Positions 39,281 to 48,892 of a stretch of 64,000 bases of DNA are shown one piece after another (positions within the stretch are counted from its first letter, which is position 1; every line of letters begins with the position of its first letter). Location: positions 1 to 64,000 of the IMG/VR virus record IMGVR_UViG_3300037325_000137; one strand, given 5' to 3'. This DNA is from a virus. The notes beneath the pieces were generated by a model that saw only the letters and a program-made list of their open reading frames with translations, ran no database searches and was not told where the DNA came from. The translations under genes were made by a program, and so were the position numbers.

Positions 39281-40060
39281 TTATTTTTTATGTTCTTTAA
39301 TTTTCTTAGCGACACTCGCTAATGTAGTCTGTCCTTCTTTGTCCGTTTTGAACCATGCAGCAACTTCATCCATTACACTACCTGCTTGTGTTCCTGCATA
39401 AATAGTTTCTCTTCCGTCTATCGCCCATCTAATGTTTTTACCATTATGGATTTCCAATATTGATAAGTTTAAAGCTATAGCCAAGGCTATTTTCTCATTA
39501 ATCATATTTGATTTAGAGAACTTCATAAACCTTTCTATAAATCCATCGGAATCAGCATCAATTAATGGGCGTATTGCCATTTTAATTTTATTGTTTGTGT
39601 AGCCTAAAGACATTGCACCAATAAATTCAACACCAAAAGCTCTTACTAAATTCTCTTCGGCTTCCATTAATACAGAACTAGCTTTCACTATTCTATTATA
39701 CCTCTCAATTTCAAATTTATCTTCTTCGTCAATAATATATTCTTTAAACATTTTACCTCCGTTAGCAATGTTGTGAGGTAAAGTTTCTATGTATTTAATT
39801 AACACATGGTCTTCTTCGTCAACTCTCAAAATACCTTTAATAAAAGCTTTGTTGGTTTGCTTTGCGTTTGGATCTACTTTGTCTTGTTCATCAACAAAAA
39901 TAGAATCTAGGGTCTCTACGTACCTAATGATTCTTCTTTTTTTGATTACACCCTTGACACCTTGTTTAGTCGTTTCGGTTGTAACCGTAACGTTTTGAGG
40001 TAAGTTACATGCTCTTGATTTTTTAAGAGTAACGTATGTTTTTCTATTTGTTCCGTCCAT
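39281..40060 (-). CDS. Conserved head-module protein downstream of the capsid gene
   Basis: R.IRY....SIFVDEQD motif; position after the MCP. Confidence 0.6.
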   Translation of the reverse strand: MDGTNRKTYVTLKKSRACNLPQNVTVTTETTKQGVKGVIKKRRIIRYVETLDSIFVDEQDKVDPNAKQTNKAFIKGILRVDEEDHVLIKYIETLPHNIANGGKMFKEYIIDEEDKFEIERYNRIVKASSVLMEAEENLVRAFGVEFIGAMSLGYTNNKIKMAIRPLIDADSDGFIERFMKFSKSNMINEKIALAIALNLSILEIHNGKNIRWAIDGRETIYAGTQAGSVMDEVAAWFKTDKEGQTTLASVAKKIKEHKK

Positions 40061-40104
40061 TATGTGTTGTTATTGATTAATAGTATTGAAAGCAAATATA
40101 ATAC

Positions 40105-40136
40105 AAAAATCCCTACTTATTGAAAAGCAAGGATTT
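40105..40136 (-). terminator. Rho-independent terminator
   Basis: AAATCCTTGCTT-TTCAAT-AAGTAGGGATTTTT. Confidence 0.65.
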
Positions 40137-40235
40137 AAGATTTTAATCAACAATAAAGAATGGACTTCTTATACGTGCAATATAGAACTAAACTATTATT
40201 GACATATTGCTTTTAGGTAATCAATGATAATGAAT

Positions 40236-40269
40236 AAAAAACCCCGTAACAATTAAGTTACAGGGTTTT
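40236..40269 (-). terminator. Terminator after the capsid gene
   Basis: AAAACCCTGTAAC-loop-GTTACGGGGTTTTTT. Confidence 0.8.
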
Positions 40270-40293
40270 GTTTGTTTTTATTAAACCTTTAAA

Positions 40294-41700
40294 TTACTCT
40301 GGGTTTACGATACAAATAAGTTCTGGACAAGGAACTCCGATACAAACGTCTACAGATTTTGTGATTTTAATGTTTTCACAATCATCAGTAGGTACGGCAG
40401 CAAGACCTCCTGTAATAAAGGTTCTAATCTTACCTTTTTTAAGAGCAAGTTCTTTGTATGCTGTGAACACATAAGGTACTTGTCTAGTCTCTCCGTTAAC
40501 TACAGTTTCGATAGTTCCCATTGGGATTATCATTGCATAAGGCATAGTTGCAGAAATACGATTCTTAGAGAAAGCTCCGTTACCTTCGGTTAACCTAACC
40601 TTGGTAAAGTAAAACGTGTGACCGTCTTTTTGGATTCCTCTGAAACCATACATAGCCATGTTGTCATTGTTGTTATTAACATCGTGACCCATATCAATAT
40701 TAAGAGTTCCACCAAGCAATGCTGCTATAGCTTCCATCTTTCTGTATTGGGTATTGTTAAAGCAATGAACTGTTAACTCCATGTTAGGCATTCCTAAACT
40801 ATCGTAATAGTCAGTTACCGCTTCTAAATCAGCCATTGTTTCAATGTAACCAACATGCTCTAAACCTTCACTTGTTGCTTTATCGAACAACCCTTTAGTT
40901 CCATATTTACCAGCAGCATAAGCGTCAGATCCAGTAGCAGACTCTTCTTCAATAAGAAGTGTTTTAGCTATTTTAGAATAAAGACGTTTATCAAGTTTTA
41001 ATTGATTATCGTCATACCAAAAGATTTCTTCATCATCACCAAAACAATATTGGTATTGATTAATAGAACCACTTGCTCCGATAGCATCTTTGATCTTTTG
41101 GAATTTAAGATTTATAGATTTTACCTTTCTTCTTTCAAGTAACCCTTCTGGACCACAAGTTCCTTTATCCCAATCACCACCATTTACATCAACTGTGATA
41201 TTTGTAAGAGCAGTAGTCCATCCACCGTCTAAACGAGAAAGCGCTGTAAATGTATTGGCTGACTTATCAATGGCAGTAATAACACCTAACTCTCTTTTAC
41301 CAGTGTTATCATAAACCGCTATCGTGTCGTTAAGTCTGAAAAAGAAATAATCTTCACCAGCTACATAACCTTGTATAGCTGTAGGGTCAATTGTAAACAC
41401 GTTTGCAGCACGTGCTACAGCACCGTCATCGTCAATTACAAAGTTAAAAGTTTCGTGTTCTACGAAAGTAATATAATCGGTTGTGAACATTAAGTCCATT
41501 TGGAACAATTCAAAAAAGATAATTAGGTTATCTTTTAACATGCCTAAACAGTCTGTTCTAACTAAGTCAAGAGCTTCTTTTGGAAGACCTCCCCTTTCGT
41601 TTTGCAACGCTGCCATTTCAACAGGCGTGCGGTAATTTTTTTGATCCAATAATACGGGTGCGGTATTATTAAAAGGATTCGTTGGAGCATTAACTGCCAT
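40294..41700 (-). CDS. Major capsid protein (crAss-like HK97 fold)
   Basis: 468 aa after an acidic scaffold gene; GTKGLF and YGFRGI motifs; strong terminator follows. Confidence 0.8.
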   Translation of the reverse strand: MAVNAPTNPFNNTAPVLLDQKNYRTPVEMAALQNERGGLPKEALDLVRTDCLGMLKDNLIIFFELFQMDLMFTTDYITFVEHETFNFVIDDDGAVARAANVFTIDPTAIQGYVAGEDYFFFRLNDTIAVYDNTGKRELGVITAIDKSANTFTALSRLDGGWTTALTNITVDVNGGDWDKGTCGPEGLLERRKVKSINLKFQKIKDAIGASGSINQYQYCFGDDEEIFWYDDNQLKLDKRLYSKIAKTLLIEEESATGSDAYAAGKYGTKGLFDKATSEGLEHVGYIETMADLEAVTDYYDSLGMPNMELTVHCFNNTQYRKMEAIAALLGGTLNIDMGHDVNNNNDNMAMYGFRGIQKDGHTFYFTKVRLTEGNGAFSKNRISATMPYAMIIPMGTIETVVNGETRQVPYVFTAYKELALKKGKIRTFITGGLAAVPTDDCENIKITKSVDVCIGVPCPELICIVNPE

Positions 41701-41719
41701 AATTTCTAGTTTTTAAATT

Positions 41720-42934
41720 TTAAATTAACGCTTTACCCATGTTTTTAGAGCTGCCAGATGTACTGCTTATAGTTACTCCTGCTTTACTATTTTGATTAGG
41801 TAAAACTTTTTGTTGTTTTCCTAAGTTTACATTCCTATTCTTCTTTGAAAATTCATCGATTGTAAGACTTTGTAATTGTTTAGAAAAATCAGCTAATAAT
41901 GTGTTTCTTATTGCTGGATTAGCCCATGCTTGATCTAGTAATAGCGAATCAGTATTAACACCTACTTCTCCTTCTTTTGCTTCTTGCACGTAAGATTGGA
42001 AAAGGGAATCTACTGTTTGCGTTTGTGTGGCAAGCATAGCCTTGTGTTCTTTTGAAATGGTTAAACTAATCTCATTGTCACCCAATTTCATTTTAATTTC
42101 GTTGAGTGATGCAAGTGACTTATCTCTTTTCTCCCAATAAGGTCTGTGAGCTTTTGCTGCATCCTCTTCTGTCATTGGTTTTGCATCAGCTTTCTTAGGA
42201 GTAGCAAATTCCTTTGATTTCTTTTGCATGAAGTCTAAAGCTTTGTTATAAACTTGGTTTATTTCAAGCTTCTTGCCTTTGAGATCCTTTGGACTCATTT
42301 CGTCTTCGTCTTCCTCTGTAAGTGTTAAAAGTTCGACACGAGTATCTAAATCTTCATCTGTAGAATTTGGATATTCGTATTTTAAAAACTCACGTAAAGT
42401 ATCTTCTTTACTTTCCTTACTCCAATCTTTCTGTGAGTTAAGGAAGTCTTCCATACCTCTTCCTGTTTGTTCTTCAAACTCTTTGAATTTTTGTACAGGT
42501 TCGGACAAAGTTTCTTTTCGAGAAAGTTGATCTAGGTTATCTACGTCTAGTCCTTTTGTTTTAAGATACTCCCTAACTGCTTCGTCAGTAATCACATTTT
42601 CAGTTTCCTTAGATGTATTTTCTGGACTTGCTTTTTCTTTAGGTTTTTCTTGGTTAAACGTAAGTTCTACAGGCTTATAACCTTCCTCTTCTTCTCTATC
42701 TTCACTAGGTTTTTTGTCATCAACTTTAGGAATAACCTTACCTTCTTCATCTTTAGTTTCCTTAGATGTATCAGGATTTTTAGGCTCTTCTGTTTTTTTA
42801 ATGTCATCAACCTTTACTTGTGATGGTTCTTTTTTTTCTACTGGTTTTGTTTCAGCAGGCTCTTGTTTTTGATCACCAAGAGACATAGGTTGACCCATTT
42901 GTCTATTTGGTAATACTTGTTCTTGTCCGTCCAT
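41720..42934 (-). CDS. Putative capsid scaffolding protein
   Basis: Acidic low-complexity N-terminus; TGRGMEDF; upstream of the MCP. Confidence 0.65.
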   Translation of the reverse strand: MDGQEQVLPNRQMGQPMSLGDQKQEPAETKPVEKKEPSQVKVDDIKKTEEPKNPDTSKETKDEEGKVIPKVDDKKPSEDREEEEGYKPVELTFNQEKPKEKASPENTSKETENVITDEAVREYLKTKGLDVDNLDQLSRKETLSEPVQKFKEFEEQTGRGMEDFLNSQKDWSKESKEDTLREFLKYEYPNSTDEDLDTRVELLTLTEEDEDEMSPKDLKGKKLEINQVYNKALDFMQKKSKEFATPKKADAKPMTEEDAAKAHRPYWEKRDKSLASLNEIKMKLGDNEISLTISKEHKAMLATQTQTVDSLFQSYVQEAKEGEVGVNTDSLLLDQAWANPAIRNTLLADFSKQLQSLTIDEFSKKNRNVNLGKQQKVLPNQNSKAGVTISSTSGSSKNMGKALI

Positions 42935-42954
42935 TGTGTTGTTATTGATTAGGA

Positions 42955-43010
42955 CAAATATAGAGTGATGAAATAAAAACCATGTGTTATCTCGGTAATC
43001 GTTAAATTTG
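42955..43010. promoter_or_regulatory. Divergent promoters (head operon / 43015 gene)
   Basis: Minus TATATTTG 42955-42962; plus TAAATTTG 43003-43010. Confidence 0.65.
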
Positions 43011-43014
43011 GGGT

Positions 43015-43479
43015 ATGAAAAAAATAGTTCCTTTTAATAAAAATCGTATTGTAGAAGTTGACTTTTCTGTAAATAAGAATATTGAACTAATAAAGGCTAA
43101 AGAGTTAATGACTAGTTTTTCTAGCAATGATTTTAGTTTTACAATATTTGTTCTAGAAGACTTAAGTAGCAAGTATTCATTGTCTTATGAAGACATACTT
43201 GTAATTTTGTATTTGTATGAAATTGTAGTTTTTGGTAGGAAAATTGATTTTAATGGTGGTTGGTATTTGTTAGGAAACCTAATAGATAAAGGTTTTGCTG
43301 ACAAGGATTATTCTATTAAACAAAAAGACCTATACCGATTGTCAGAAAGGGGTATAGGTCTGGTAAATGATTATTCAAAAGGTTTTGGCAATAAAGATAA
43401 ATGGATTAATGAGAATCGTAAAATACCTATTTCAGATCAAAGCATAGTTACAAGTGTAATATCTGATTACTTTAAGTAG
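43015..43479 (+). CDS. Winged-helix-like regulator
   Basis: L..LIDKG.....LYRLSERG pattern; divergent from the head operon. Confidence 0.55.
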   Translation: MKKIVPFNKNRIVEVDFSVNKNIELIKAKELMTSFSSNDFSFTIFVLEDLSSKYSLSYEDILVILYLYEIVVFGRKIDFNGGWYLLGNLIDKGFADKDYSIKQKDLYRLSERGIGLVNDYSKGFGNKDKWINENRKIPISDQSIVTSVISDYFK

Positions 43480-43501
43480 TTCTTATTGCCTATATACAGC
43501 C

Positions 43502-43798
43502 GTTAGCACACATTAAAACTATCTAATATATATTTCGCTAATTTTAAGGCTTGCTCTTTATTTAAGTAAGTATGTGCATCTCCTTGAAAATCTCCCTCTA
43601 TCTCAATCTCAAAGTCATTATCCTTGTCTACTGGGTTTATCACAAAATTATCAAGTGATAAACGTGTGCTAACACTTGGTATAGTGCATTGCTCGGTTTC
43701 GGTTTTTTTACTATCTGTATTCATAATTCAAAGTTTTTGTGTAATTAATTAAGTTCGTGCTATAAGGTCGCAACGACACCATACCATATCCGTTATTA
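43502..43798 (+). mobile_element. Solitary integron-like cassette outside the array
   Basis: GTTAGCACACATT(43502)...AACGTGTGCTAAC(43673), then arms GGTATAGTGCATTGC / GCAACGACACCATACC and GTT at 43792. Confidence 0.75.
43503..43724 (-). CDS. Cassette-encoded hypothetical protein
   Basis: Starts in the attC-like loop; stop TAA lies within the GTTA core. Confidence 0.7.
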   Translation of the reverse strand: MNTDSKKTETEQCTIPSVSTRLSLDNFVINPVDKDNDFEIEIEGDFQGDAHTYLNKEQALKLAKYILDSFNVC

Positions 43799-44011
43799 AG
43801 TAAACTCCCACTCGTCGGGAATATGTACTTCAAAACATTCTTCGTTAGTGTCATTGATTTTGGTTTTTAAAAACGAATCTCCAATGTTTTCATCATCAGT
43901 ATATGTTGCTATCCCGAGATATTTACCATCACGCCAAAGGTGGTAATCTTTACCTTATATCAAAAGTTCTTGCCTTAATCCTAATACACCTAGTTTTAAT
44001 ATACGTTTCAT
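43796..44011 (-). pseudogene. Hypothetical gene with internal TAA
   Basis: MKRILKLGVLGLRQELLI* continues in frame as GKDYHLWRDG...DEWEFT*; stop at 43955-43957. Confidence 0.5.
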
Positions 44012-44022
44012 TATTTTGTCTT

Positions 44023-44334
44023 TTAAATATTAAACAGTTTGTTGAGGTCTTCTGTTGTGATTGAATCTTTTTGTCCAGAAGCTTCAATTATGTCTTTAAA
44101 CCCTTCTAGGTCTTCTTGCTTAATTGCAAATCTAGTAAGGCTGAAATATTCATACTGCAAGCATAGACTTATTAAGTTTATTTCCTCTATTTGCACTCCT
44201 AATGTGTTTCCTTGCATTGTTAGTCTAGCAACATCTTTTAAAGTATATAGCTTATCTTCTTCTACCCAATGTGTAAAAGGAATGTCCTCTGGCTTATTTG
44301 TATCGTCAATACAAAGTAGTTTTATTTGGCTCAT
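44023..44334 (-). CDS. Hypothetical phage protein
   Basis: ORF in operon. Confidence 0.65.
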   Translation of the reverse strand: MSQIKLLCIDDTNKPEDIPFTHWVEEDKLYTLKDVARLTMQGNTLGVQIEEINLISLCLQYEYFSLTRFAIKQEDLEGFKDIIEASGQKDSITTEDLNKLFNI

Positions 44335-44516
44335 AGTTCTTTAATTTCAAGTTTAATATCTCTACAATCTACACCACATACAGGACAAAATTGAACCCTT
44401 AGATTATCTTTATAGCTTATTTCTAAATGTGGCATAAGCCTTGACTTTTTATCCTCTGTAAGCATCCACTTAAAGGACTTTTGTATTTTTTCTATGTGTT
44501 CACATTTTGGTTTCAT
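44331..44516 (-). CDS. Small Zn-ribbon protein
   Basis: C.H ... FCPVCG. Confidence 0.55.
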   Translation of the reverse strand: MKPKCEHIEKIQKSFKWMLTEDKKSRLMPHLEISYKDNLRVQFCPVCGVDCRDIKLEIKEL

Positions 44517-44520
44517 GGCT

Positions 44521-44817
44521 TTATTTTTTAATGAAAATATCTAAATAAGTTTGATTAAGTTCTTCAAGTATAACTTTAGCTTCTAATCTATTCTCTACAG
44601 GTGCGTCATTAACTTCTAACGCCATTAAGTATATTAAAGCTATTGGAATACCAATTACTTCACAAAAGCTATCTACATACTTAGACTTAATAAAATTAAC
44701 TCTGTTGTTTTCTAGTTGAGAAAGATAAGATGGTGAGCAATTAACTTGTTTAGCCATTTCGTTAAGGTTGTAACCTTTTTCTTTCCTAAGTTTTTTAATT
44801 GCTTTACCTAAGTTCAT
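44521..44817 (-). CDS. XRE-family HTH regulator
   Basis: LGKAIKKLRKEKG...SPSYLSQLENN. Confidence 0.85.
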   Translation of the reverse strand: MNLGKAIKKLRKEKGYNLNEMAKQVNCSPSYLSQLENNRVNFIKSKYVDSFCEVIGIPIALIYLMALEVNDAPVENRLEAKVILEELNQTYLDIFIKK

Positions 44818-45454
44818 ATTTATTCTCTGATTCTCTGATTCTCTTGGACTCTTTTACTTTGTGTAAAGGCTTTAGATTAGGCATTGTTTTTAAAAATTCT
44901 TTTTTGCTTTTATAAAACCAATGTGATACAGTGTATCTTCTAAATCTACTATCATAACAAACATACTGCCATTCATAAACTGGCTCTGATTTTATTATCT
45001 CATCCCATACGCCATCCCTAAATATAAGATTCCATTTACCTATGTTTCCCATCCAAAGACTACCTCCTAAAACAAAGAAGTTATCTATAACTTTTTTATA
45101 AGAATTAAAATTACTCAAACACTCATGGTTACCACTCTTATACCCTCGTCTCTTCGCTTCTGCTATAAGAGCTGTCGATACTTCTTCGTCGGTTGCTGGT
45201 ATTAAAGAATCTCTATATCCTATGCCTAACAGGTTACTCCAATCACCCTCTGCATCAAACCCGTAGTTACTAAAATTAGCGTCTTTTTTAAAACACATTA
45301 AAAACTTATTGTGTTCCATACTCTTATACCACTTACCAACCTCTAGCGTTGGCTTAAACAAAGCGGGAAAGTCTTTCTCTATCCTAGTCTTTAATGATTC
45401 ACAAGCGTCTTTGTGGTAGCTCTTAATCGTTTCTTCTGTTACTTCTATTTTCAT
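44804..45454 (-). CDS. Hypothetical phage protein
   Basis: LEVGKWYK and ALIAEAKRRGY motifs. Confidence 0.65.
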   Translation of the reverse strand: MKIEVTEETIKSYHKDACESLKTRIEKDFPALFKPTLEVGKWYKSMEHNKFLMCFKKDANFSNYGFDAEGDWSNLLGIGYRDSLIPATDEEVSTALIAEAKRRGYKSGNHECLSNFNSYKKVIDNFFVLGGSLWMGNIGKWNLIFRDGVWDEIIKSEPVYEWQYVCYDSRFRRYTVSHWFYKSKKEFLKTMPNLKPLHKVKESKRIRESENKYELR

Positions 45455-45598
45455 GGTTTTAGTTTTTAGTATTTTTTTTTATATTTTCTCTTAGTCTTTT
45501 AAATTCATTGAATTCTATAAAATCATTGTTAAATAAAAGACTTACTGCTTCTAACAAGTCTAATTGAATAGGTGTGTAATTTACCATAATATTGTTTT

Positions 45599-45991
45599 TT
45601 AATAGTTGTCTCGGATTAGGTTGAGCATATATGATTTACTTATGTTAAAACTCTTTCCTTTAGACACCCATTTGATGAATTTTGTTTCAGATCTGTTTCC
45701 TTGGTTAGAAACAATTTTTTGTGGATTTGTTTGAACTTTAAAGAAACTAAGGTCTTTATGCTCTTCTGACGCCTTACCATCTATTTCTACAACTCCTATA
45801 TCCATGAGTTCAGATAGCCTTGCTGTAACTGTTTGATGCTTCATTTTAAGAACATCACATATAGAATCTTTGTTAGGGGAAGTTAAATATTTATTGTTTA
45901 CATCTATAAACTTATAGATTCTAATAGCATCTGTTTCTTTTTTACCGCTTTCAATTTGATTCTTAAAAGCTTTATATGATTTTTCACTCAT
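45599..45991 (-). CDS. Winged-helix DNA-binding protein
   Basis: HQTVTARLSELMDIGVV. Confidence 0.65.
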   Translation of the reverse strand: MSEKSYKAFKNQIESGKKETDAIRIYKFIDVNNKYLTSPNKDSICDVLKMKHQTVTARLSELMDIGVVEIDGKASEEHKDLSFFKVQTNPQKIVSNQGNRSETKFIKWVSKGKSFNISKSYMLNLIRDNY

Positions 45992-45994
45992 GGC

Positions 45995-46228
45995 TTATGG
46001 TTCTTTAGTTGTTTTCTTATATTCATTAACAAATCGTTGAGACTCAAATATAATTTCGTCCATTTCTTCGCAAGTCAATGTTAAACTATGTTCTTGACTC
46101 ATGAAGTTAAAAAAATTTTGATATTGACTTGAGTGCCTTTGCCTGTCCATTTCTTCATTATATTGAGCTTCTGCTTCTCCTTGTGCTTGATTGTAAGCGT
46201 TGTATTCATCTTCGCTGCTATGGTTCAT
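45995..46228 (-). CDS. Hypothetical protein
   Basis: ORF in operon. Confidence 0.55.
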   Translation of the reverse strand: MNHSSEDEYNAYNQAQGEAEAQYNEEMDRQRHSSQYQNFFNFMSQEHSLTLTCEEMDEIIFESQRFVNEYKKTTKEP

Positions 46229-46564
46229 TGCTTATGGTTATTTAGTGAGTTTTATTAGTTCGTTTTTTAAATCCATTGCTGATCTTTTTAATGTTCCGCT
46301 TTCTTTGCATCCTTGAAAAGCATATTCGTCTTTGTTTGCTCTTTTTCTCATTTCACTTAATCTCTCTTGAAATCTATTGATCTCATTCTGTACTGTAATT
46401 AGGTCTTCGTATCTCATAGTCTAGTTTTAATAATTTGTTTCATTTTTTGTTTACCTGAGCAATTAGCCCAATGATTACTTATTCCGAATATTCCAGAAGG
46501 TAATATAGCTTCACAAGTTGTGCATCTATATTTATTATCTTCGATTCTTTCAAATTCCATATTT

Positions 46565-47437
46565 TTATTTTCTAAAGGAGTTTCCTTTAAATTGAATTAT
46601 GTTGAACATAGAAAATAAACGATCATAAACTCTACCACCGTATCTATTTTCAAATTGTGCTAATCCAGAATCTAGATTACCAACTTCACCATCTATAAAA
46701 TTGCAGTTTATATGAGTGATTAATTTCTTGTCATATCTTCTTTCAATAATATCTTTAAACACATCGACCTTACCATAATTACTTGCTACCTTTTCTGTAA
46801 GTACATCATCAAAACACCTTTTACCTCTTAGGTATTTAGTGTCAAATTCTTCTTTTTCATCATTTTTAGTAGATTCAAACTCATGGACTACATCATTTGC
46901 TGAAAACAATTTAAAAGTGTTTGTAGTACCTATCAAGCATTTATCCAATGCTCTCATAATAGAACTCTTGCCATTACCGTACCCACCAATAATCAACATA
47001 CCTTTTTCTAAACTTGGTTGTGATAATTCCGTTAGGTTATCGCATAGTTTAAATTTTTCAAAATTATCGGATAGATAATAAAGCAAAGGTTCAATGTTTT
47101 TAACTGTGTCTTGATTGCTATAATTAAAATCGCAACCGTTCTGTTCTTTGTAAACCTTTAAAAAGTATTTCCATATTTGACTTGAAGTAGGTATTATCTC
47201 CTTAAGTTCCTCTTTCGGTTCTCTTACTGATTTCAGATACTCTATGCGTTTAGATTCTGCTTCTGGACTCAATGCCCTTGTTTCATCAAACTCTTCTATA
47301 GATTTTAATGCACTACCAACCGTTTCGTTAGGAAATTCCTTAGAGAACATGTCAAGCTGGTTTTCGCTAAGGTTTAATAGATCATACTTTTTTAAAGCAT
47401 TGTATTTATTAAAGCCTATTTTATTTATTTCCATCAT
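46565..47437 (-). CDS. DnaC/IstB-like ATPase (helicase loader)
   Basis: Walker A GGYGNGKS, Walker B CFDDV, RYGGRVYDRL, FKGNSFRK. Confidence 0.85.
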   Translation of the reverse strand: MMEINKIGFNKYNALKKYDLLNLSENQLDMFSKEFPNETVGSALKSIEEFDETRALSPEAESKRIEYLKSVREPKEELKEIIPTSSQIWKYFLKVYKEQNGCDFNYSNQDTVKNIEPLLYYLSDNFEKFKLCDNLTELSQPSLEKGMLIIGGYGNGKSSIMRALDKCLIGTTNTFKLFSANDVVHEFESTKNDEKEEFDTKYLRGKRCFDDVLTEKVASNYGKVDVFKDIIERRYDKKLITHINCNFIDGEVGNLDSGLAQFENRYGGRVYDRLFSMFNIIQFKGNSFRK

Positions 47438-48267
47438 TGTGTTTGTCTTGGTGGTCGGTTTCCTAAAACTTTTTTAGTGGTACTATTTTTATCTGATCTA
47501 ACTATTATTTCATCTTCCCAAGATTTGTTATTAAAAAATGTTTGTGGGTCTTTTCTAAATTGCTTGTCGGGTTGACTTTTTATATAATCTAAAACGTAAG
47601 TCATTATATTTTCTTTATCACTTTGCTTTAATGTATTCCATTTCTTCTGTGCTTTTTCTTTACCTACTTTTTTGTCATAGGTTTCCCAAAAATTTTTAAA
47701 GGTTGGATAAACATTTTCCTCTACTTCATTATCAACTTCTACAGCATCAATTTTAGATTTTGATAAATCTTGCTCATTAAAAATTATTTCTAATTTTTTA
47801 TAAAGTTTGAATAAGAGTTTATTAGTTTGATTGTTTATTAGTTTACTAGTTTGATTGTTTATTAGTTTATATATGATCGCAGAACCTGACTCGATACCTA
47901 TACCACTACCTATACCACTACCTGTATCAGTACTTGTGTAGAACTCTGTCATCACATTGTCACTACCTGTATCAAATATGCACAGGTTAACAACACTCCC
48001 TATTAGTGGGTTGTAACTAGGTATATACTTTATCATACCGTTTTTATCTAACTCCTTCAAACACTTTAGATAGGTGTTGTTTGATCCTATTTTAGATAAC
48101 AGCATTACATCGTTTCTGTTGATTGAAAGCTCTAAAGGAAACCCAGCATTATTCCATAATAAAAAAAGTGCATTATATAAACTTATATGTGTAGGGTTTA
48201 ATTTTAATTTCCCCATTTCTATGTTTGCATTTTTATGCTGATTTATATAATTAACTTTCTGTTTCAT
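47434..48267 (-). CDS. Phage replication initiator protein
   Basis: N-terminal wHTH, repeat-containing linker, FWETYDKKVGK..A.KKW C-terminal domain; adjacent to the DnaC-like gene. Confidence 0.8.
   Translation of the reverse strand: MKQKVNYINQHKNANIEMGKLKLNPTHISLYNALFLLWNNAGFPLELSINRNDVMLLSKIGSNNTYLKCLKELDKNGMIKYIPSYNPLIGSVVNLCIFDTGSDNVMTEFYTSTDTGSGIGSGIGIESGSAIIYKLINNQTSKLINNQTNKLLFKLYKKLEIIFNEQDLSKSKIDAVEVDNEVEENVYPTFKNFWETYDKKVGKEKAQKKWNTLKQSDKENIMTYVLDYIKSQPDKQFRKDPQTFFNNKSWEDEIIVRSDKNSTTKKVLGNRPPRQTQ
47823..47974. repeat. Iteron-like repeats within the initiator gene (candidate origin)
   Basis: 24-bp-period tandem TAGTTTGATTGTTTATTAGTTTA x2; CCTATACCACTA x2; CACTACCTGTATCA x2. Confidence 0.55.
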
Positions 48268-48554
48268 TTTTTATCAATTTTCTCTTGTACGGCTAATCTG
48301 ATATATGCAGAAATAGATAGTTCTAATTTTTCAGAAGCAATATCTAAATCATCTTTTAAAGATTCAGACATCTTGAAAATTACTCTCTTAGTTTTTTTCA
48401 TTATTCAAATATATATAAACGTATGCAATAAAGGCATACGAAAGTTAATTATTATTAATTTATTTTTTAGGCTGGATCAATTTACTATGAGTCATTTGAT
48501 CAAGTATGTTTTACCAATCGCAGTAGGCTGTGAACGATTTTTTATTCAAAGCCA

Positions 48555-48758
48555 TTATTGTGAGTTTAGAATTTTAATGATAGCATCTATAACGTATTCT
48601 TCACGTAAGAATGATTCTTGATAATCATTTACTTCCCACCTATCTTCAATTACCTTTACTTTATATTGTGCATTTTGTGAAATAAAGCATCCTATTTTAC
48701 TTCTTTGGTCTGGTGTTGCGTTAATCCCTTCTGTTTCTAGATACTCTTTTAGTGTCAT
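48555..48758 (-). CDS. Hypothetical protein
   Basis: ORF; start taken at MTLKEYL. Confidence 0.5.
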   Translation of the reverse strand: MTLKEYLETEGINATPDQRSKIGCFISQNAQYKVKVIEDRWEVNDYQESFLREEYVIDAIIKILNSQ

Positions 48759-48892
48759 AATTTTACATAAAAAAACCCTTAAATAATCAGCTTTCGGGAG
48801 CATCATATTTAAAGGAATTTTTTAATGTGTTTCAATGCTATTAATCGTTTCCCGAATCGAACCTTAATAACTTATAAGCAAATGTAACGTAA

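Noticed and set aside
43792-44011. Second cassette adjacent to the solo cassette
   Set aside because: Begins with GTTA, but no convincing cognate AAC repeat or hairpin was found; recorded only as a pseudogene
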